Positions 1-5,260 of a stretch of DNA of 5,260 nt are shown one piece after another (within the stretch, counting starts at the first letter, position 1; the number at the start of each line of letters is the position of its first letter). Source of the stretch: a virus. Lineage: Duplodnaviria; Heunggongvirae; Uroviricota; Caudoviricetes. The translations under genes were made by a program, and so were the position numbers. The stretch covers positions 1-5,260 of IMG/VR virus record IMGVR_UViG_2778261360_000016. One strand, 5' to 3'. The notes beneath the pieces are model-generated. The model was not told where the DNA came from. It did not search any database and saw only the letters and a program-made list of their open reading frames with translations.

Positions 1-420
1 ATGGATGAATGCCGCCGCGAACCATTCAAAACCAGCGAAGGCAGAGAAATTACGGGGCCGTGGCAGTCGCATCCCAAACGGATGTTACGGCATAAAGCCA
101 TGATTCAGTGTGCCCGGCTGGCCTTCGGATTTGCGGGTATCTATGACAAGGATGAAGCCGAGCGCATTGTCGAAAATACCGCATACACTGCAGAACGTCA
201 GCCGGAACGCGACATCACTCCGGTTAACGATGAAACCATGCAGGAGATTAACACTCTGCTGATTGCCCTGGACAAAACATGGGATGACGACTTATTGCCG
301 CTCTGTTCCCAGATATTTCGCCGCGACATTCGCGCATCGTCGGAACTGACACAGGCCGAAGCAGTGAAAGCTCTTGGATTCCTGAAACAGAAAGCCTCTG
401 AACAGAAGGTGGCTGCATGA
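1..420 (+). CDS. bet: Bet (Red-beta) single-strand annealing recombinase, 3' portion only; the gene starts upstream of the window
   Basis: The frame is open from base 1 and the translation [11 protein letters not shown]...[22 protein letters not shown] matches the C-terminal part of phage lambda Bet as I recall it, so the ATG at 1 is an internal Met. The TGA at 418-420 overlaps the exo ATG at 417-419 (ATGA). Confidence 0.93.
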   Translation: MDECRREPFKTSEGREITGPWQSHPKRMLRHKAMIQCARLAFGFAGIYDKDEAERIVENTAYTAERQPERDITPVNDETMQEINTLLIALDKTWDDDLLPLCSQIFRRDIRASSELTQAEAVKALGFLKQKASEQKVAA

Positions 421-1097
421 CACCGGACATTATCCTGCAGCGTACCGGGATCGACGTGAGAGCTGTCGAACAGGGGGATCATGCGTGGCACAAATTACGG
501 CTCGGCGTCATCACCGCTTCAGAAGTTCACAATGTGATAGCAAAACCCCGCTCCGGAAAGAAATGGCCTGACATGAAAATGTCCTACTTCCACACCCTGC
601 TTGCCGAGGTTTGCACCGGTGTGGCTCCGGAAGTTAACGCTAAGGCGCTGGCCTGGGGAAAACAGTACGAGAACGACGCCAGAGCCCTCTTTGAGTTCAC
701 TTCCGGCGTGAATGTTACTGAATCCCCGATCATCTATCGCGACGAAAGTATGCGCACCGCCTGCTCTCCCGATGGTTTATGCAGTGACGGCAATGGCCTT
801 GAGCTGAAATGCCCGTTTACCTCCCGGGATTTCATGAAGTTCCGGCTCGGTGGTTTCGAGGCCATAAAGTCGGCTTACATGGCCCAGGTGCAGTACAGCA
901 TGTGGGTGACGCGAAAAGATGCCTGGTACTTTTCCAACTATGACCCGCGTATGAAGCGTGAAGGCCTGCATTATGTCGTGGTTGAGCGGGATGAAAAGTA
1001 CATGGCGAGTTTTGACGAGATGGTGCCGGAGTTCATCGAAAAAATGGACGAGGCACTGGCTGAAATTGGTTTTGTATTTGGGGAGCAATGGCGATGA
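417..1097 (+). CDS. exo: Lambda-type 5'-3' exonuclease (Red-alpha, Exo), 226 aa
   Basis: The 226-aa translation [21 protein letters not shown]...[15 protein letters not shown] is near-identical to lambda exonuclease as I recall it. An AAGGTGG Shine-Dalgarno-like motif sits at 406-412, and the start overlaps the bet stop. Confidence 0.96.
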   Translation: MTPDIILQRTGIDVRAVEQGDHAWHKLRLGVITASEVHNVIAKPRSGKKWPDMKMSYFHTLLAEVCTGVAPEVNAKALAWGKQYENDARALFEFTSGVNVTESPIIYRDESMRTACSPDGLCSDGNGLELKCPFTSRDFMKFRLGGFEAIKSAYMAQVQYSMWVTRKDAWYFSNYDPRMKREGLHYVVVERDEKYMASFDEMVPEFIEKMDEALAEIGFVFGEQWR

Positions 1098-1276
1098 AGC
1101 ATCCTCACGATAATATCCGCGTAGGCACGATCACTTTCGTCTACTCCGTTACAAAGCGAGGCTGGGTATTTCCCGGCCTTTCTGTTATCCGAAATCCCCT
1201 GAATGCACAGCGGCTGGCTGAGGAGATAAATAATAAACGGGGGGCTGTATGCACAAAGCATCTCCCGTTGAGTTAA
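1094..1276 (+). CDS. Lambda orf60a-like small protein of the exo-xis region, 60 aa
   Basis: ATG at 1094 overlaps the exo stop (ATGA) and is preceded by GGGGAG at 1080-1085 with 8-nt spacing. From this start the product is exactly 60 aa ([11 protein letters not shown]...CTKHLPLS), matching the name and position of lambda orf60a. The upstream in-frame ATG at 1088 used by the ORF track lies only 2 nt from that motif. Confidence 0.75.
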   Translation: MKHPHDNIRVGTITFVYSVTKRGWVFPGLSVIRNPLNAQRLAEEINNKRGAVCTKHLPLS

Positions 1277-1440
1277 GAACGAGTATCGAGATGGCACATA
1301 GCCTCGCTCAAATTGGAGTCAGGTTTGTGCCAATACCAGTAGAAACAGACGAAGAATTTCATACGTTAGCCGCATCCCTTTCACAAAAGCTGGAAATGAT
1401 GGTGGCGAAAGCAGAAGCAGATGAGAGAGACCCGGTATGA
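1249..1440 (+). CDS. Lambda orf63-like small protein of the exo-xis region, 63 aa
   Basis: The 63-aa ORF overlaps the orf60a 3' end by 28 nt and sits in the position of lambda orf63. A G-run at 1239-1244 precedes the ATG. An internal ATG at 1291 (MAHSLAQIGV...) is an alternative start. Confidence 0.72.
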   Translation: MHKASPVELRTSIEMAHSLAQIGVRFVPIPVETDEEFHTLAASLSQKLEMMVAKAEADERDPV

Positions 1441-1732
1441 CAACCACGGAATGCATTTTTCTGGCTGCGGGCTTCATATTCTGTGTGCTTATGCTTGCCG
1501 ACATGGGACTTGTTCAATGACACCTCAGCAAGAAAACGCCCTTCGCAGCATTGCCCGTCAGGCTAATTCTGAAATCAAAAAAGCCAGACAGCAGTTTCCG
1601 GATAAAAACGTCAATGACATTTGTCGTAGCGTACTGAAGAAGCACCGCGAAACGGTAACGCTGATGGGATTCACACCGACTCACTTAAGTCTGGCAATCG
1701 GCATGTTAAACGGCGTCTTTAAGGAACGGTGA
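1421..1732 (+). CDS. Lambda orf61-like protein, extended form (103 aa from ATG 1421; alternative start ATG 1517 gives 71 aa)
   Basis: The ORF starts 20 nt inside the orf63 3' end, as lambda orf61 does relative to orf63, and codon 62 is AAA rather than a stop. The C-terminal 71 aa (MTPQQENALRSIARQANSEIKK...) look like a genuine small basic protein. The N-terminal 32 aa are Cys/His-rich and no clear Shine-Dalgarno precedes 1421, so the true start is uncertain. Confidence 0.6.
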   Translation: MRETRYDNHGMHFSGCGLHILCAYACRHGTCSMTPQQENALRSIARQANSEIKKARQQFPDKNVNDICRSVLKKHRETVTLMGFTPTHLSLAIGMLNGVFKER

Positions 1733-1752
1733 ACATGAAAAGCAAAATCATC

Positions 1753-1775
1753 AGGGAGCTACAGGCTCCTTTTTT
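1753..1775 (+). terminator. Candidate rho-independent terminator or attenuator in the orf61-orf73 intergenic region
   Basis: A 5-bp stem GGAGC (1755-1759) / GCTCC (1765-1769) with a 5-nt loop, extendable by A-U and G-U pairs, is followed by T6 at 1770-1775. The stem is short, so this is probably only a partial terminator. Confidence 0.35.
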
Positions 1776-1830
1776 ATTATTCGCATTCACCCTCAAGCGT
1801 ATTAACCAACCATTCAGGGATTAATGGAAG

Positions 1831-2052
1831 ATGGCAGACATCATTGATTCAGCATCAGAAATTGAAGAATTACAGCGCAACACAGCAATAAAAATGCGCC
1901 GCCTGAACCACCAGGCTATATCTGCCACTCATTGTTGTGAGTGTGGCGATCCCATAGATGAGCGAAGACGCCTGGCCGTTCAGGGTTGTCGGACTTGTGC
2001 AAGTTGCCAGGAAGTTCTGGAGCTTATCAGTAAACAGAGAGGTTCGAAGTGA
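1831..2052 (+). CDS. DksA/TraR-family C4 zinc-finger protein (lambda orf73-like), 73 aa
   Basis: The 73-aa product carries the CxxC-(17)-CxxC motif CCECGDPIDERRRLAVQGCRTCASC typical of TraR/DksA C4 zinc fingers. Its length and position match lambda orf73. The stop overlaps the GTG start of the next gene (GTGA). Confidence 0.85.
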   Translation: MADIIDSASEIEELQRNTAIKMRRLNHQAISATHCCECGDPIDERRRLAVQGCRTCASCQEVLELISKQRGSK

Positions 2053-2420
2053 GCGAAATTAACTCTCAGGCACTGCGTGAAGCGGCAGAGCAGGCAATGC
2101 ATGACAACTGGGGATTTGACGCGGACCTTTTCCATGAGCTGGTAACACCATCGATTGTGCTGGCACTGCTGGATGAACGGGAAAGAAACCAGCAATACGT
2201 CAAACGCCGCGACAAGGAGAACGAGGATATTGCACTAACGGTAGGGAGGCTGCGCGTTGAGCTGGAAGGCAAACACAGGCGCATTACTGAGCTGACAATG
2301 TGGATTAAGCGACTGAGTTCCTCTCTCAAAAACGCAAAACCAGACAGCAAGTTGCCGGATGACGCAATGATCTGGCTAAATAATGAAGGGCTTACCAGTA
2401 TAGAGGATATTTTACGATGA
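2049..2420 (+). CDS. Ea22-like (ead/Ea22 family) N-terminal-domain protein, 123 aa, GTG start
   Basis: GTG at 2049 is preceded by GAGG at 2039-2042 with 6-nt spacing. The N-terminus MSEINSQALREAAEQAMHDNWGFDADLFHELVTPSIVLALLDERERNQQY resembles the conserved N-terminal region of lambda Ea22-family proteins as I recall it. The central region is charged and looks coiled-coil-like. Confidence 0.7.
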   Translation: MSEINSQALREAAEQAMHDNWGFDADLFHELVTPSIVLALLDERERNQQYVKRRDKENEDIALTVGRLRVELEGKHRRITELTMWIKRLSSSLKNAKPDSKLPDDAMIWLNNEGLTSIEDILR

Positions 2421-3064
2421 GCACTTTTACCATGGAATGGCTACAAAATACGATTACCAGTATTGAGTCAGCACGAGATGAAATGCCATTCGGACTCGAT
2501 AACGATCAAGCACACATGCTTACAGCATTTAAAATCGCTCTCGCCTCACTGGAACGCGAGCGGGTTCGCCACGAGCATGCCAAATGGTCTGACTCCACAT
2601 TTGGCTGCGTTGGCCCCATTGGTCCACTGAAACACCTCTCAAAAGAGGCTCTGGAAGCCGCAGCCGAACCTGACGATCTCAGCGAGTGGGCTGATATGCA
2701 GTTCCTGTTGTGGGATGCACAGCGCCGTGCCGGTATCAGTGATGCTGAAATTACCGCTGCTATGGAAAATAAATTGAAGATCAACATGGAGCGTCAGTGG
2801 CCTGAACCAAAAGATGGTGAGCCTCGTTTGCACATTAAAGAACCCGGCAACTCTCCGGTAACTCCGGATGGTTGGATAAGCTGTAGTGAGCTAATGCCAG
2901 ATGATGGTCAGCACGTAATTATTTTATGTGATGGCGCATTCGTTCTTTATGCGCAATATCGAGACGGAGAGTTTTTCGATATTGTCCGCAATGGTGATGA
3001 ATTTTTCGAAACACAGAGTCGCAATGTAACCGACTGGATGCAACTACCAGAACCTCCTCTTTGA
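2417..3064 (+). CDS. Two-domain prophage protein: MazG-like nucleotide pyrophosphohydrolase-type N-terminal domain (DUF550-like) plus C-terminal DUF551-like domain, 215 aa
   Basis: ATG at 2417 overlaps the upstream stop (ATGA). The N-terminal half has a MazG-like acidic helix pattern (EALEAAAEPDDLSEWADMQFLLWDAQRRAGISDAEI). The C-terminal WISCSELMPDDGQHVIILCDG...YAQYRDGEFF...WMQLPEPP matches the DUF551 signature common in enterobacterial prophage proteins. Domain names are from memory, not a search. Confidence 0.78.
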   Translation: MSTFTMEWLQNTITSIESARDEMPFGLDNDQAHMLTAFKIALASLERERVRHEHAKWSDSTFGCVGPIGPLKHLSKEALEAAAEPDDLSEWADMQFLLWDAQRRAGISDAEITAAMENKLKINMERQWPEPKDGEPRLHIKEPGNSPVTPDGWISCSELMPDDGQHVIILCDGAFVLYAQYRDGEFFDIVRNGDEFFETQSRNVTDWMQLPEPPL

Positions 3065-3160
3065 TAGCTAAGCTTATACATATCTTTTACATCAGCAATC
3101 TATTGTTAATCTCCAATCAATGTTACGTTGTCATCTCTCTCATGCTTTGGAGGTAGTGAT

Positions 3161-3340
3161 ATGTCTTGTCCAAAATGCGGTTCTGGAAATATTGCAAAAG
3201 AAAAAACAATGCGTGGATGGTCTGATGATTATGTGTGCTGCGATTGCGGATACAACGACTCTAAAGACGTATTTGGAGAGCGTGGTAAAAACGATTTTGT
3301 CAAAATTAATAAAGAACGCGAAGGCAACGAAAAAAGCTAA
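3161..3340 (+). CDS. Small zinc-ribbon protein, 59 aa (CPKCG...CCDCG), in an AT-rich island
   Basis: ATG at 3161 is preceded by GGAGG at 3149-3153 with 7-nt spacing. Two Cys pairs (CPKC and CCDC) are spaced like a zinc ribbon, and the C-terminus is Lys/Glu-rich. The ORF-track start at 3128 is a TTG with no ribosome-binding site, so the ATG is preferred. Confidence 0.55.
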   Translation: MSCPKCGSGNIAKEKTMRGWSDDYVCCDCGYNDSKDVFGERGKNDFVKINKEREGNEKS

Positions 3341-3405
3341 TTTATTTATTCATATATGAAAACAATGTAACCAATATTCGAATTGAAGAACTGAAAGAAC
3401 ACCAA

Positions 3406-3427
3406 GCCGCCTGATGGCGGTTTTTTT
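3406..3427 (+). terminator. Rho-independent terminator candidate downstream of the zinc-ribbon gene
   Basis: A GC-rich stem CCGCC (3407-3411) / GGCGG (3416-3420) with loop TGAT is followed by T7 at 3421-3427. The T-run is on the + strand, so it is oriented for + strand transcription. Confidence 0.6.
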
Positions 3428-3441
3428 ATTGGAGACAAGAA

Positions 3442-3786
3442 ATGTCAGATTTGGCTATGAAGGTTTTGAAATGGCAATCGACTGGCGATGTTGGCATCAG
3501 TAGCGCAACTCTTGCCTCAATCGCATGTGGACTGAAAAAGAATATCTATGGTCATCACTTCGGCGCTCCCCATGACGCAGCCGATTTCAGACGATGCGTT
3601 GCACTTGTTGAGCAGATTCCAGAAATCAGAGATTCATTCAACAAGGTTGCAAAGCGCGTTCCGGCATTCAAAGGAATCCTCAACGAATGGGATTCTCTCG
3701 TTGCTCTGTTGAAGTCTGAAATGAAGATACACGGAAACAAAGCACCAGAGACTTACAGAAGAATTAGCGAGTTACGCAAGGACTAA
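3442..3786 (+). CDS. Hypothetical protein, 114 aa, function unknown, in the lower-GC accessory region between the ea genes and xis
   Basis: The ATG at 3442 is preceded by GGAGA at 3431-3435 with 6-nt spacing and follows the terminator T-run within 15 nt. The ORF is clean, with a soluble, helical-looking composition. I do not recognise the sequence. Confidence 0.65.
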   Translation: MSDLAMKVLKWQSTGDVGISSATLASIACGLKKNIYGHHFGAPHDAADFRRCVALVEQIPEIRDSFNKVAKRVPAFKGILNEWDSLVALLKSEMKIHGNKAPETYRRISELRKD

Positions 3787-3875
3787 CCACAGCCTCACAC
3801 TCAATGAGGCCTGCCAGCTTCTCAAGATATCCAGACCTACAGCAATCATGTCAATCCAATAAATGGAGACTCCAA

Positions 3876-4223
3876 GTGGAAGAAGAAATCTTCACTCGTG
3901 AAGAGGCAGCATCGTATCTGAAGGTAGACAAAGGCACTATCACGCAGTGGATACGAAGTGGACGACTTCAGGCCGCAAAGATAAATCCAGATAAACCTAA
4001 AAGCCCATATCGCATTTGCAAGTCAGACTGCATTGCGGCGCTTAAGTCTGTGAGACACAATAGCGCGGTGAATGCGGTTGATGTGCAGGAGGTTAAAGCA
4101 TGTCAATCAAACTGCGCGGTGGCACATGGCACTGCGATTTCGTCGCGCCAGATGGATCAAGAGTTAGACGCTCTCTTGAAACATCGGACAAAAGGCAAGC
4201 GCAAGAACTTCACGATCGTCTGA
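3876..4223 (+). CDS. xis: Excisionase (Xis), HTH excisionase-family DNA-binding protein, probably P22-type, about 115 aa from GTG 3876
   Basis: The motif EEEIFTREEAASYLKVDKGTITQWIRSGRLQAAKI is typical of excisionase/MerR-like helix-turn-helix domains, and the gene lies immediately upstream of int. GTG at 3876 has GGAG at 3865-3868 with 7-nt spacing, whereas the in-frame ATG at 3804 (139 aa) has no ribosome-binding site. The 3' end overlaps int by 124 nt. Confidence 0.7.
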   Translation: MEEEIFTREEAASYLKVDKGTITQWIRSGRLQAAKINPDKPKSPYRICKSDCIAALKSVRHNSAVNAVDVQEVKACQSNCAVAHGTAISSRQMDQELDALLKHRTKGKRKNFTIV

Positions 4224-5260
4224 AAGCAGAGGCGTGGAGAGTAAAAAATCTCGGGGAATCGCCGAAAAAGCTATTCAAGGAAGCCTGCATACGGTGGCTG
4301 CGTGAGAAATCGGATAAGAAGTCCATTGATGATGACAAGAGCATTATATCGTTCTGGATGTTGCACTTCAGAGAAACCATTCTCTCTGACATAACAACAG
4401 AAAAAATAATGGAGGCGGTAGACGGGATGGAAAACCGCCGCCATCGCCTGAACTGGGAGATGAGCCGGGACAGGTGTTTGCGGCTTGGCAAGCCAGTGCC
4501 GGAGTATAAACCAAAGCTGGCAAGCAAAGGAACGAAGACGCGGCATCTGGCAATACTTCGCGCTATTCTCAATATGGCTGTTGAATGGGGATGGCTTGAC
4601 AGGGCGCCCAAAATATCAACACCACGCGTTAAGAATGGACGCATTAGATGGCTTACAGAAGAGGAATCGAAGCGCCTGTTTGCAGAAATAGCTCCTCATT
4701 TCTTCCCTGTTGTCATGTTTGCAATCACGACAGGCCTTCGCCGTTCCAACGTTACAGACCTTGAGTGGTCACAGGTCGATCTGGATAAGAAAATGGCATG
4801 GATGCCCCCTGATGAAACAAAAGCTGGCAATGCGATCGGAGTTCCTCTTAACGAAACCGCATGCCAGATATTAAGAAAACAGCAGGGACTCCATAAGAGA
4901 TGGGTATTTGTCCACACCAAACCTGCCTACCGAAGCGACGGAACAAAAACAGCAGCGGTAAGGAAGATGAGAACCGACAGCAACAAGGCATGGAAGGGAG
5001 CGTTAAAGCGGGCAGGCATTAGCAACTTCCGCTTCCATGACCTGAGGCATACCTGGGCAAGCTGGCTGGTTCAGTCCGGTGTCTCTCTTCTTGCACTTAA
5101 AGAGATGGGAGGATGGGAAACTCTCGAAATGGTTCAAAGATACGCCCACCTTTCAGCCGGGCATCTCACTGAGCACGCGAGCAAAATCGATGCGATTATA
5201 AATCGCAATGGCACAAATACGGCACAAGAGGAAAACGTGGTTTACTTAAATGTGAGATAA
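4100..5260 (+). CDS. int: Tyrosine-recombinase phage integrase (P22/Sf6-type Int), 386 aa
   Basis: AGGAGG at 4087-4092 lies 7 nt before the ATG at 4100. Catalytic signatures are present: TGLRRSN (Arg box), HDLRHTWASWLVQSG (H-x-x-R), GGWETLEMVQRYAHL (Tyr nucleophile). The N-terminus MSIKLRGGTWHCDFVAPDG...KRQAQELHDRLKAEAWRV resembles P22 Int as I recall it. The TAA at 5258-5260 is the last codon of the window. Confidence 0.95.
   Translation: MSIKLRGGTWHCDFVAPDGSRVRRSLETSDKRQAQELHDRLKAEAWRVKNLGESPKKLFKEACIRWLREKSDKKSIDDDKSIISFWMLHFRETILSDITTEKIMEAVDGMENRRHRLNWEMSRDRCLRLGKPVPEYKPKLASKGTKTRHLAILRAILNMAVEWGWLDRAPKISTPRVKNGRIRWLTEEESKRLFAEIAPHFFPVVMFAITTGLRRSNVTDLEWSQVDLDKKMAWMPPDETKAGNAIGVPLNETACQILRKQQGLHKRWVFVHTKPAYRSDGTKTAAVRKMRTDSNKAWKGALKRAGISNFRFHDLRHTWASWLVQSGVSLLALKEMGGWETLEMVQRYAHLSAGHLTEHASKIDAIINRNGTNTAQEENVVYLNVR

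Noticed and set aside
1088-1276. ATG 1088 as the orf60a start (62 aa, as in the ORF track)
   Set aside because: It lies only 2 nt after the GGGGAG motif. ATG 1094 has proper spacing, overlaps the exo stop as ATGA and gives exactly 60 aa.
198-1297. Minus-strand ORFs 198-491, 248-430, 777-1088 and 971-1297 (60-108 aa)
   Set aside because: All lie inside bet, exo and orf60a, which are strongly supported on the + strand. Their translations are low-complexity and Ser/Arg/Cys-rich with no ribosome-binding sites, so they are shadow frames.
1319-2833. Minus-strand ORFs 1319-1504, 1980-2195, 2066-2350, 2506-2787 and 2639-2833
   Set aside because: They overlap the + strand orf63, orf61, orf73, Ea22-like and DUF550/551 genes in antisense and have no recognisable motifs or start context. 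The operon is unidirectional.
3128-3340. TTG 3128 as the zinc-ribbon gene start (70 aa, as in the ORF track)
   Set aside because: TTG has no ribosome-binding site, and the GGAGG at 3149-3153 would sit inside the coding sequence. It is positioned correctly for the ATG at 3161.
3120-3359. The + strand 79-aa ORF overlapping the zinc-ribbon gene in another frame
   Set aside because: It has no Shine-Dalgarno and a hydrophobic, low-information translation. The overlapping frame has a strong GGAGG site and a coherent zinc-ribbon Cys pattern.
4485-4691. The + strand 68-aa ORF inside int in an alternative frame
   Set aside because: It is embedded in the integrase coding region and has no start context, so it is a frame artefact.
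3555-4920. Minus-strand ORFs 3555-3740, 4210-4644, 4271-4546, 4368-4553 and 4696-4920
   Set aside because: They are antisense to the 114-aa gene and to the integrase, whose catalytic motifs make the + strand reading certain. The translations are Ser/Pro/Arg-rich and typical of shadow frames.
1-5260. CRISPR array, tRNA or rRNA genes, insertion sequence or transposase, and long direct or inverted repeats
   Set aside because: Reading both strands, I found no repeat-spacer periodicity, no tRNA-like cloverleaf region, no transposase-like ORF and no terminal inverted repeats. The only recombinase is the phage integrase, and the att site appears to be outside the window.

Overview
This 5.26 kb window reads as the distal part of the early-left (pL-type) operon of a lambdoid prophage from an enterobacterial host, with every credible gene on the + strand. 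Gene order is bet (3' part only) - exo - orf60a - orf63 - orf61-like - TraR-like orf73 - Ea22-like N-terminal protein - MazG-like/DUF551 protein - AT-rich island with a small zinc-ribbon gene - intrinsic terminator - unknown 114-aa gene - xis - int. The Red recombination genes and the small ORFs after exo match phage lambda almost residue for residue as I recall it, while the excisionase and integrase look P22-type, so the element is mosaic. The window stops exactly at the int stop codon, so the attachment site should lie just beyond it. No rRNA, tRNA, CRISPR array or transposase is visible, and all minus-strand ORFs look like shadow frames. The most open questions are the low-GC island at 3065-3786 (zinc-ribbon gene plus an unrecognised 114-aa protein), the orf61-like gene that runs 42 codons past where the lambda name implies it stops, and the adjacent TraR-like and MazG-like genes. 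All homology statements are from memory and reading the translations; nothing was searched.
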